A stretch of DNA of 34,798 bases, taken from NCBI GenBank assembly GCA_031426475.1, contig JANPLJ010000133.1, positions 1 through 34,798 of the forward strand, given 5' to 3'. Source of the stretch: Pirellulaceae bacterium (GTDB taxonomy: Bacteria; Planctomycetota; Planctomycetia; Pirellulales; Pirellulaceae). The translations under genes were made by a program, and so were the position numbers. This document shows positions 7,132 through 16,087 of the stretch, in pieces (positions within the stretch are counted from its first letter, which is position 1; each line of letters opens with the position of its first letter). The notes under the pieces were generated by a model. That model was not told where the DNA came from, did not search any database, and saw nothing but the letters and a program-made list of their open reading frames with translations.

Positions 7132-8175
7132 ATGCGCGAAATTTTTGCGAGCAAAAGGATACGTGTGAAGGCCATGAATAAGGGTGCTAAGAAACGTCGG
7201 AAGTCGGCTGGCAGTGGCTCGCTAAAAAGCAGGCACGACAACAGCACGCTTGCTGCAGCCGAAGAACTCGACGAATACAGCAAATCAAAACATTGGGCTC
7301 CCCTGTGCGTCGCTACGGTTGTTTTGATCGCGGCGTTCTTGTTTTGTTATTGGCCGACGCTTGCGTGGATGGAATTCCAATGGCGGACTGAGCCAGACTA
7401 TTCACATGGTTATTTGATCATTCCGTTGGCCTTGGTGCTGTTGTATTCGCGTTGGGATACATTCCCGGGATTGAGTCGTAGACTCAGTTGGGCCGGGTTG
7501 GGGTTAATATTGTTTGCCGGATTTCTTCGGGTATTTGCAAGTTTCAGTTACATGGACTTTTTGGATGGCTGGTCGGTCGTGCCTTGGGTGGCGGGCGCGG
7601 TGTGGCTATTGGCTGGTCGATCGGCAATGGTCTGGGCGTTGCCTGCGATCGTTTTCCTCATCTTGCTGGTTCCGCTGCCGTTTCAATTGGAGTCGATGCT
7701 GAGCGGGAGCCTACAAAGCAATGTGACTGTCATCAGCACAGGGGTTCTACGCATCCTTGGGTTCCCAGCGATTGCGGAAGGAAACACGATTTGGGTCGGT
7801 GAGAAACAAATGCTTGTCGAGGAAGCTTGTTCTGGCCTTCGAATCTTTGTCGGTATGGCCGCATTTGCTTTTTTCTGGGCTTCGATGGCACAGCGTGCCT
7901 GGATCGATAAGGTTGTCATTTTGTTTTCGGCGTTACCTATGGCCATTGTTGCGAACACGATCCGGGTTGTTCTGACCTGCTGCTCGTTTTACTGGTTCAG
8001 CGACACGTGGGCTCGCAGGCTGCACGATGGCGCGGGAATTCTTATGATATTTATTGCGGGCGGGCTGCTTTGGGCGGTAAAATCGTACTGGGAACTCCTC
8101 TACCGACCAGCAAAGACGGTGTCGCCGGTATCGCTCGTTCGAGATGAGCTTGCTTCCATGTCCGCCGAAAATTGA
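7132..8175 (+). CDS. Exosortase (EpsH/Xrt family transpeptidase-like integral membrane protein)
   Basis: The entry motif is YWPTLAWMEFQWRTEPDYSHGYLIIPLALVLLY, followed by multiple TM helices. The catalytic-type residues are Cys233 in VEEACSGLR (TGT at 7828-7830), Arg277 in ANTIRVV and His297 in RLHDGAG. A basic N-terminal extension of about 55 aa is present, and an alternative start MNKGAK lies at 7174. Confidence 0.9.
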   Translation: MREIFASKRIRVKAMNKGAKKRRKSAGSGSLKSRHDNSTLAAAEELDEYSKSKHWAPLCVATVVLIAAFLFCYWPTLAWMEFQWRTEPDYSHGYLIIPLALVLLYSRWDTFPGLSRRLSWAGLGLILFAGFLRVFASFSYMDFLDGWSVVPWVAGAVWLLAGRSAMVWALPAIVFLILLVPLPFQLESMLSGSLQSNVTVISTGVLRILGFPAIAEGNTIWVGEKQMLVEEACSGLRIFVGMAAFAFFWASMAQRAWIDKVVILFSALPMAIVANTIRVVLTCCSFYWFSDTWARRLHDGAGILMIFIAGGLLWAVKSYWELLYRPAKTVSPVSLVRDELASMSAEN

Positions 8176-8319
8176 GAACTCACACGTTATTCGAGGTCTA
8201 ATAGTCTCAGTATATTTTAGAATCACTTTTTTTTAAGAACCAATAATCATTACCAAGGATGGTGTACGAAGAACCAAGGTTTTATTGGCTTACGAAATTT
8301 ATTTCAGAGTCGGTACATC

Positions 8320-10485
8320 ATGACTAGAATATCGCACGCATCGTCCCCCCAAACTTCGTCGTCTCCTTCATCCGAACACATCTTCGATCCATGGCTGGCG
8401 TGGGTTGCGTTCAGGCAGAGTTGGTATTGGGCCATGCCACTCGGAGCGATACTCGCGAGCCTCGGCGCATTCTACGTTCACAGCTCGTTCGTTCCGGAGT
8501 ATCGCGCAACGCATATCCTTGAGGCCAATCGCGAGTACGTTGTCTTCCAGGGAATCTTGCAAGCACCTGTCGATTTGGTTCAGAACGAGCGCCCGCTGAT
8601 TTACAATCAGCTTGTGCTTGGCCCGGTTCTTTCGGACGCCAAAATCTGCGAGGCTCCCAGTCTTTCTGACCCAGTGACGCGTGAAGCGAACTTGAGGAGG
8701 AATATGTCCGTCAACGATGCTGGAACGAGAACGTTGATGCAGATTTCATACAAGGATACAGATCCGGTCGCCGCAGCGAAGGTCTGCAATGCGATTGTAC
8801 GATCGTATTTGGACCAACGACAGAGATTTGACGATCGACGCGTCTCGGATCTTGAAGGGTGGTTGCAGCCAGCCCTCGGCAGTTGGGAAGGTGCCGTTGA
8901 AGAGAATCGCAAACGGATTATCAGCCTCAGCAAGCAAGCGAAAGGCTTTGATCCATTTCAAGAATCGAGTCGAATCAATGCGGACACCACGAATCTCAGC
9001 AGCTTGAGAGATGAGCTGAGCAACCTTCGATCGTCGGAAGCCGTTCTTGCCGCTGAGTTGGCGATGATGAAGAAAGATGAAGAAAACGCGAAACCGTTGG
9101 GACTCGAAGCAGATGCCGATCTGATAGCCGAATTGATCTCAAAGACGCCTGAAGTTGCAAAAATCGTAAGAGAGATCGAGGAAAAGCAGGCGGATATGCG
9201 CAACATGGAGCGAAAGGACATCGTCCGATTCGATCCCCGTGGGTGGCATGACAAGCTGAAGAAAGACGTTGAGGTTTTAACCAAACAACTCGCCGTCGCC
9301 CAGGAAGCTGCGAAGCCAGGGATACAAGCCAAAGTCAAAAGCCGAATGGAAAAAAACCTTTCCACACTTAAATCGTCCAGCATAGCCGCAAAAGAAAATG
9401 AGCTGGAGGGTGTTCGGACGAAGCGAAGTGTTTATGAAACCCAGTATGACGCCGAGGAAGCTCGACTGTCGAAGTTTGCTGGCGAAACGGCTGATCTTTA
9501 CTTTGCGCAACAGAAGTATCTCCAAGCCTCCAAGATCCTTGAAAAGCTTGAGGAACGAATTGCGTCGATTCGCACCGAGAGGCAAAAAAGCAGCACGATG
9601 CAGACTCTTGCGGAAGCAGTACCGCCAACCAATCCGGAAGAGATCATGCCTTGGAAAAAGGTCATCATGGTGGCCGGAGGCGCGTTCCTGATCCCCTTCG
9701 GCATCGCTTTATTGTGGGAGCTCAAGACGCAGCGGGTTACTACCGCAAACTCTTTGGAGTCGTCGAAGATGATTCCCGTTCTTGGCGAAGTTGCAAGAGT
9801 ACCGAGCGGCATCAAGATCGGGAGGAAACAGCGAGTTTACGAAGAGAGTATCGAGACATTGCGCGCCAACATGATGTTCTCGACGGGCGCTAAACAATTG
9901 CGATCGATTGTCGTCGCGAGCAGTATGTCGGGGGAAGGAAAAAGTAGCCTGGCTTCACATCTCGCATTGTCGCTCACTCGAGCGACAGACCAATCGGTTC
10001 TTTTGATCGACGCCGACTTGAGAAGTCCCGACCAGCACCACTTGTTCGGCATCGAGATGGGACATGGTCTTTCGAGTGTCTTGGCTGGGAAGTGCAGTTT
10101 GAAGGATGCGATCGATCGATCGCTGGGCAACCATCTGCATATTCTCCCGGCTGGACAACTGGAATCTAATCCGCATCGATTGGTATCTCCCGAAGCCGTT
10201 CGGAATCTTATCGAACAAGCGATGGAGCTATACGAATATGTGATCATCGATACAGCCCCTGTGCTCGCTGCGGGCGAAACACTTTGTCTAGCAGCAGCAG
10301 CCGACGCGACACTGGTCTGTGTGATGCGTGATGTAAGCCGTCACGACAATATCAAGCGATGCATGCATCGACTGGAAGCGGCTGGAGCCAAGGTCATCGG
10401 AACGATCTTTAGTGGCGTCTCGACGTTTGAGTACTCGTACCGATACGGTGACTATCGATATACATTGCCGACGATGAAATCGTAA
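8320..10485 (+). CDS. Fused polysaccharide co-polymerase (Wzz-type chain-length determinant) and BY-type protein tyrosine kinase
   Basis: The 721-aa protein has TM1 (WYWAMPLGAILASLGAFYV), a long periplasmic coiled-coil region and TM2 (VIMVAGGAFLIPFGIALLWEL). The kinase domain has Walker A SSMSGEGKSS, Walker A' VLLIDADLRSP and Walker B YVIIDTAPVLA. The C-terminal Tyr cluster is FEYSYRYGDYRY. Confidence 0.9.
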   Translation: MTRISHASSPQTSSSPSSEHIFDPWLAWVAFRQSWYWAMPLGAILASLGAFYVHSSFVPEYRATHILEANREYVVFQGILQAPVDLVQNERPLIYNQLVLGPVLSDAKICEAPSLSDPVTREANLRRNMSVNDAGTRTLMQISYKDTDPVAAAKVCNAIVRSYLDQRQRFDDRRVSDLEGWLQPALGSWEGAVEENRKRIISLSKQAKGFDPFQESSRINADTTNLSSLRDELSNLRSSEAVLAAELAMMKKDEENAKPLGLEADADLIAELISKTPEVAKIVREIEEKQADMRNMERKDIVRFDPRGWHDKLKKDVEVLTKQLAVAQEAAKPGIQAKVKSRMEKNLSTLKSSSIAAKENELEGVRTKRSVYETQYDAEEARLSKFAGETADLYFAQQKYLQASKILEKLEERIASIRTERQKSSTMQTLAEAVPPTNPEEIMPWKKVIMVAGGAFLIPFGIALLWELKTQRVTTANSLESSKMIPVLGEVARVPSGIKIGRKQRVYEESIETLRANMMFSTGAKQLRSIVVASSMSGEGKSSLASHLALSLTRATDQSVLLIDADLRSPDQHHLFGIEMGHGLSSVLAGKCSLKDAIDRSLGNHLHILPAGQLESNPHRLVSPEAVRNLIEQAMELYEYVIIDTAPVLAAGETLCLAAAADATLVCVMRDVSRHDNIKRCMHRLEAAGAKVIGTIFSGVSTFEYSYRYGDYRYTLPTMKS

Positions 10486-10557
10486 CTTGTTATTCGGTTC
10501 CATCGAACGTTCGACGATGTCCCGACGCTCCTTGTCTTCCCAATATCCCATGAATCC

Positions 10558-13500
10558 ATGATGCCGCAAAACGATAGCTTAGAAGAAGAAAAACAAGAAC
10601 CGACTGCAGTCGATGGCGTAGAGCCCCCTGCGGCGGAAGGCGTTCGCTTGGACACGAGTTCTTCACCATCGAGTTCATCGAAGGCGAGCAATCCTGCTTC
10701 TCGAAAGCATCGAGCCCGACCCTTGAAATGGGAATGGAATCTGCCGTTATTGGGAGCAACGGTGGGAGCGGCAATTATTCTCCCGGTCTTCTTCTATTTT
10801 GCCTACTATTATCAAACGTCTCGTGTCGTCGATGGAATTTGGAGTCGAGCGAATGCGGCTAAGGAAGAGGGGGATTTTCAGTCTGAATCGCGTTGGCTGA
10901 ACCTGTTGGTTACTTTTAATAAAGAGGACAAGGAAGCCTTAGTGCGACTTGCTTTGGCGATGAATGGTTCCGCCAAATCGGGTCCGCAGATCATGGAAGC
11001 CCAGCGGGCGTTGACGAATGCGTTGGGAGCGTTGGGGGAATCCGACAGCGTCGAAACGATTCGCGAACTTCGGTGTTTGCTGATACAGCGTTTACTCGAT
11101 CTTGGCAACAGCTGGGCAGGCGAATCGGAACGGCAGACAATTCTATTGAAGGCCGAGCCAGAGAATCCAGATGCTTTGCAATGGCTCGCATTGAGTCTTT
11201 ACTCTCAAGTCGAATCGGGGGAATGGAGGTCAAGGAACAAGGTCCGCTATGAAAGAAGCAAAGACTTTTGGGCCTGGGCTTCGTACCAGCCCGTTGGCGA
11301 AATCCTTCGATTGGCGCTCGACAAGAATCCGGAATCAGAGGATCTCGCCATCGCTCTGTTGCATGCGTACGTTGTCAAGAAGAACTATTTTGACTTACCG
11401 GATAACGATGACAACCGAGCGAAGTTCGACGAAAAAGCGAGATCATTAATCCAGCAGCTTCAAGGCAAAGACGATGGAAGATCTCAGTGTGCAAGCTATA
11501 TGTATGCTCAGAGTATTGACCGCGAATTGGCCAGACGTTTGCTGCCAGATATAGCTCCGATGGCCATGGAACGACTGCGTTCTCTTCCGCCGTCCAAGAA
11601 TTCGAATTCGGACACTGCGAGCATCGTGGTTCCGTCGAATGACACCGGAAAAAAAGAAGGTGATTGGGATGCTCAACTGGTAGCTTCTTATGGGGCACAG
11701 CTCAGCGATCAAGGTGAGGCGGAAAAGGCGTATCGGCAATTTGACGATCTAATTTCGATCGAAAACGGCTTGATTCCGAATTCGCTGCTGGAGTCGATCT
11801 ATGTTGGTGCAGGACAAGCTTTGTGGAGTCAAGGAAAAGCAGACGAAGCACATCGCGTATGGCGGCAAGGCTGCGAGAGAATTGGGCCATTAGATGGACT
11901 CGCGCTTTGGCATACGATTGCGTATCATGCATGTGAATCGGGTAGAGTTCAAGAAGGTGTCGCCGCGTTGGACGAGCTCAGCGCTGCCATCAAGCAAGCA
12001 TCCGCGTCACTTCTCAATCTATCGCTTGTTCGAGCCGATGCTCGCTCGTCAAAACAATTGAGGATCGATGCGGTTAAATGGTATAACGATGTCTTGCACG
12101 CTGGGCTAGAGTTGCGAGAAGGTCGGGCGAGCACGGCGGTGCAAAACCTCACGACCGCTCTCTCGGCAAAAATTTCAATTATTCCCGCTCATCGGGCCTA
12201 TGCTTCGAAATTGCTTGCTCGAGCACATGCTGAAATGGGAGTTTGGGATCTTTCAGCGCGGGCCTTAGAAGAGGCGATCGCGCTCGAACCAGAAAACAAA
12301 CTCTTGCGACGCCAAGCCGCCGATGCTTGGAGTCGTGCCGGGGGTGCTTCACGATCCATCGAGCAGCTGAAACTATCTGATGATGGGAGTTTCGACTTGG
12401 CTTTGACTGTGCTCCAGTCCACACTTTCGAATCAAAAAGCCTTACCTCCATCGCAACGCGATAACACGAAGATACGGCAATCGATCGAAGAAACGTCAAC
12501 TCGACTCAAGAAAGAAAAGCAGAAAGGGGCGTTTCCACCCCGCGAGTGGTTATTTGACGCGATTCGACTTTCATCCGATAACGGGATGAACATGTCCTCA
12601 TCGGTTATCTCAGCCTCCGAACGCGAAGCGAAATTCATCGAACTCTTCAAGCGTTACCCAAGCGTTCCCGAACTCCAGTCATTGGCGGCGATCTCGCTTC
12701 GCGGTCTTGGAAAGCAAGAAGATGCGGCGCTAGCGTTGAGTAATTTGGAAAAGCTAAAGGAATCTCATTTTCAAATTTGGCTTGAGACGCAAGTCAAGCT
12801 AGCGCTCTCCGATAACGATGTAGCCAAAGCCAGGCGATTGGTCGACGAAGCGATCGCTTCCAAGAAAATCCCCGACGACGCCATCTTAGATATCACCTCA
12901 AGAATCTTCGAGTCTGCAGGATTGTTAGCGGATGCATGTGAGTTCTTGAAGCGAAAGGCTGACGCAAAGTCTGAATCGAATCTGTTCAGAATTGGTTCGA
13001 TGCTGCTCGACCTGGAACAACAATTCGCTTCTGGAAAGTCTTCGGATTCGTCTGGGCAAGCCAACGGGAATCCGTCGCAAGAACTGGATGATGTGATTCA
13101 AAGACTTTCTGATGTTGAGGGCGAACGCGGATCTCATTGGCGGCTTTTGAAATCAGGGCGCTTGCTTCGAAGCTACAAGATTTCAAAAAATGAAAAGGAA
13201 CTTCAGTCGAGCGCCAAGCTCCAAGCGGAAATCCTGGCCGTTCGTCCGCGGTGGGCACCGGCCCTGGCATTGGGAGGGGAAATTGCCTCCGCTCAAGGAA
13301 AACCGGAGAAAGCCGTGGAGTCTCTTCAAAAGGCGATCTCCGAAGGCGACCTGCGCGTGTCGACCGTCTATGAATTAGTGCGACAATTGAATGGTCTTGG
13401 GCGATTCACGGAAGCGGAGTTCGAGTTTGAGAGAATTGCCGAGTTTTCAGGTAAAGTCGGAATGGTTTCGGAGCTCGAGATTGGAATTGCACAAGGCAAG

Positions 13501-15372
13501 GGTCAATTCGAACGAGCATTGGAGTTGGCCCGTCAGGGTATCGAACGCAGAAAAAATGATGCATCGGCGTGGCTATTTTTGGCTCAAGCAGCGCTTCTCA
13601 ACATCGCCAAGTCTCCCGAACTGACCCAAGCATTGGTTGCCGAAGCCGACCACGCTTTAGATGAGGCGAATCGACTTTCTGGGACCGGAGATGTCAACGT
13701 ATGGCTTTACAGGTTTCGATTCGCATCGCAATTTCAAGGAATTGAAAAAGTACGTCGCATTGCGGAAGAGTTAGCAAAAAGCTCTGTCCCCGAAAGACGA
13801 CGCGCCCTTTTAAGCGTTCGCGCCTATCTTCAACTGCGAGAATTCGAAACAGCCAAGACGCTGCTCGACAAGGCCCTCGCGGAGTCGCCACGCGACATAG
13901 AAGTCAAGATCGCGTTGGTGGAGTATTACCGCCTTACTGGTGACCAGAAGGCGCTTGTGGATACGCTAGAAGAATTGGTGCGGCTTGATCCAAAGCGCGA
14001 AGACACTCGAAAAGCTCTAGCGGTGGCGCTGGTGACGAATAGCCAAGCGTCTGGGGCGCTTCCTTGGGAACGCATCGCGACATTGATCGGGGATAGCGCC
14101 GTTGGGAACTCCGAATCGGCACGGCTTTACTATGCGATGCTGCTTGCAACCCGGGGCGAGGAAACTCAGCTGAAAACATGTAAGCAGCTATTGAGAGAGC
14201 TGGTTAAGTCTCAATCACTCGAGATTGCAAATGAAGCGATCAGGTTGAGTATTGCGATCGAGCAAAAACGGTGGATGCAGTCGAATGTCCAGGTCGATAC
14301 AGCTGCCTCGGCGGATAGCTTTCTCGAAATTCGAAGACTCTATGATGTGCTTACAAAGCGCAAAGAACCCTCGGTTCCCGATCTGTTTCAGTATGCCGAC
14401 TTCCTCTTACGAGCTTCGAAAACGGACGACGTGCCATGGTTGATCGATAGAATACAAGCTCTGACCCCCGATAGTCCGCAGGTTCTTGTACTGCGACTTC
14501 GGCTTGCAAGAGAGAAAAAACTACTCGACCGGATACCCGGCCTGGTGGAGAGTTGGATTCAAAGTGGAGCCAAATCAACGATATCAAGGGCTTCGGTTGC
14601 GGGCGGAATTTTGATGCAACTAGGATTTGAAGAGCTCGGCGTAACGTTCCTGCAACGAGCTTATTCCGAGAACCCGAAAGAGTTTCGTCCTTTTGTTGTC
14701 AGCCTGAGTCGAACCGGAAAAATGAAGGAAGCAATCGAGGTCTGTATTGCGCAGTCGCAGTCAGATTCGGAATCCGCGCCAGATGCAATCGCGCTTTTGG
14801 CGGACGTGGCTTTCCAGGACGCTGGGCTCAAGACATTGGCCGATCGCATTGAAAACGTTTTCTCGGAGGGATTGAAAGATCTTCCATCGAATCCAGTCGT
14901 CCTAGAATCGATCGGGACACTACGACTGAATCAACAACGTTATCCAGAGGCGCTCGAACTCTTGCTGCGTGCAGAGGCGATTGCTCCGAACAACTTGATG
15001 ACTCTCAACAATCTCGCAGTCGCAACATCGGAGATCTCTGGCAGAGAAACAGAGGGATTGCCTCGGATCACTCGGGCCATCGAACTCTTTGGTCGGTACC
15101 CAGAACTTCTTGACACGCTTGGCGTCGTGCAGTTTCGTTGTGGGATGCTCAAGGAAGCCCAAGCAAGCTTGCAGGAGGCAGTAAGTCGTGGAAAGGATCC
15201 CCGTTTCCGGTTGCATCTAATTCAAGTGCTGGGTGCAAGGAAAAACGAAACGGAAATCAACAAGATCGCGAAGGACCTGAATATTGCCGAGCTTCGCAAA
15301 ATGCCTTTGACGGCGAGCGAACGTTTGGTGGTAGAAGAGGTCTCAAAGAAAATTGGAAACGAAAGCAGCTAA
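10558..15372 (+). CDS. Giant (1604 aa) single-pass membrane-anchored TPR-repeat protein, possibly a distant analogue of the PEP-CTERM-system TPR protein PrsT
   Basis: The N-terminal tail is acidic and Ser-rich. A basic patch (RKHRARPLKW) precedes one TM helix (LPLLGATVGAAIILPVFFYFAYYY). About 1500 aa of uninterrupted Ala/Leu-rich helical repeats follow, with TPR-like signatures such as PENPDALQWLALSLY, AIALEPENKLLRRQAADAW and AEAIAPNNLMTLNNLAV. The stop lies 9 nt before the epsI start. Confidence 0.8.
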   Translation: MMPQNDSLEEEKQEPTAVDGVEPPAAEGVRLDTSSSPSSSSKASNPASRKHRARPLKWEWNLPLLGATVGAAIILPVFFYFAYYYQTSRVVDGIWSRANAAKEEGDFQSESRWLNLLVTFNKEDKEALVRLALAMNGSAKSGPQIMEAQRALTNALGALGESDSVETIRELRCLLIQRLLDLGNSWAGESERQTILLKAEPENPDALQWLALSLYSQVESGEWRSRNKVRYERSKDFWAWASYQPVGEILRLALDKNPESEDLAIALLHAYVVKKNYFDLPDNDDNRAKFDEKARSLIQQLQGKDDGRSQCASYMYAQSIDRELARRLLPDIAPMAMERLRSLPPSKNSNSDTASIVVPSNDTGKKEGDWDAQLVASYGAQLSDQGEAEKAYRQFDDLISIENGLIPNSLLESIYVGAGQALWSQGKADEAHRVWRQGCERIGPLDGLALWHTIAYHACESGRVQEGVAALDELSAAIKQASASLLNLSLVRADARSSKQLRIDAVKWYNDVLHAGLELREGRASTAVQNLTTALSAKISIIPAHRAYASKLLARAHAEMGVWDLSARALEEAIALEPENKLLRRQAADAWSRAGGASRSIEQLKLSDDGSFDLALTVLQSTLSNQKALPPSQRDNTKIRQSIEETSTRLKKEKQKGAFPPREWLFDAIRLSSDNGMNMSSSVISASEREAKFIELFKRYPSVPELQSLAAISLRGLGKQEDAALALSNLEKLKESHFQIWLETQVKLALSDNDVAKARRLVDEAIASKKIPDDAILDITSRIFESAGLLADACEFLKRKADAKSESNLFRIGSMLLDLEQQFASGKSSDSSGQANGNPSQELDDVIQRLSDVEGERGSHWRLLKSGRLLRSYKISKNEKELQSSAKLQAEILAVRPRWAPALALGGEIASAQGKPEKAVESLQKAISEGDLRVSTVYELVRQLNGLGRFTEAEFEFERIAEFSGKVGMVSELEIGIAQGKGQFERALELARQGIERRKNDASAWLFLAQAALLNIAKSPELTQALVAEADHALDEANRLSGTGDVNVWLYRFRFASQFQGIEKVRRIAEELAKSSVPERRRALLSVRAYLQLREFETAKTLLDKALAESPRDIEVKIALVEYYRLTGDQKALVDTLEELVRLDPKREDTRKALAVALVTNSQASGALPWERIATLIGDSAVGNSESARLYYAMLLATRGEETQLKTCKQLLRELVKSQSLEIANEAIRLSIAIEQKRWMQSNVQVDTAASADSFLEIRRLYDVLTKRKEPSVPDLFQYADFLLRASKTDDVPWLIDRIQALTPDSPQVLVLRLRLAREKKLLDRIPGLVESWIQSGAKSTISRASVAGGILMQLGFEELGVTFLQRAYSENPKEFRPFVVSLSRTGKMKEAIEVCIAQSQSDSESAPDAIALLADVAFQDAGLKTLADRIENVFSEGLKDLPSNPVVLESIGTLRLNQQRYPEALELLLRAEAIAPNNLMTLNNLAVATSEISGRETEGLPRITRAIELFGRYPELLDTLGVVQFRCGMLKEAQASLQEAVSRGKDPRFRLHLIQVLGARKNETEINKIAKDLNIAELRKMPLTASERLVVEEVSKKIGNESS

Positions 15373-15381
15373 GAATCCACC

Positions 15382-16020
15382 ATGACTCGGACAAAATTTA
15401 TTGCCGGATTACTCAGTATTTTGGTGATTACTGCGATCACCACGATGATGCGTAATTATTTGGAAGCGGGCTGGTCGAATCATTCGACGCTCGAAACACA
15501 CGCCGAGAATCTCCGTCAGCTTCCAGAGCAGATCGGTGACTGGGTAGCCTCGTCGGCAAACGATTTACCTGACAACGCCAAGCGCATCTTGAAATGTCAC
15601 GGATTTATTAATCGATCCTATTGGAATCCCCAAACAGGTGGCACGGTCACCGTTGCGATTCTGTTCGGGCCCCGTGGGCCAATTGCGGTTCATACGCCTG
15701 AAATCTGCTACAGTGGCGTCGGTACCCAACCAATTGCCGACAGACGGTCGGTCGAAATCAAAACGGAAGAAAAATCGGATCGCTTTTGGACGATTCAGTT
15801 TTCGCGTGGGGCGGATTCGGCGCCGAGCCTAGAAGTTTGGTATGCTTGGAGTGATGGAGGTCCGTGGGTGGCTTCTGAACAACCTCGTTTTTGGCTTACC
15901 GATAGTTTGTACAAGATTCAACTTGCAGGTACTCCCGCCAAGACCAATGCGGAAAGTGACTGCAAGAGCTTTTTGCGAGCTCTTATGCCGGTTTTACGGC
16001 AAAGGCTTCGCAGTTCCTAG
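15382..16020 (+). CDS. epsI: EpsI-family exosortase-associated protein
   Basis: The 212-aa protein has an N-terminal TM/signal anchor (FIAGLLSILVITAITTMM). The hallmark motif VHTPEICYSGVG matches the H-x-PE-x-C-x-x-G-x-G pattern of EpsI proteins. It sits in the same locus as the exosortase. Confidence 0.85.
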   Translation: MTRTKFIAGLLSILVITAITTMMRNYLEAGWSNHSTLETHAENLRQLPEQIGDWVASSANDLPDNAKRILKCHGFINRSYWNPQTGGTVTVAILFGPRGPIAVHTPEICYSGVGTQPIADRRSVEIKTEEKSDRFWTIQFSRGADSAPSLEVWYAWSDGGPWVASEQPRFWLTDSLYKIQLAGTPAKTNAESDCKSFLRALMPVLRQRLRSS

Positions 16021-16087
16021 TCCATATAGTTAACCCTTTGTATCGCAATTTAGTTTGTCCCTCTAGCTTGATCACAGGTTTCACGCA

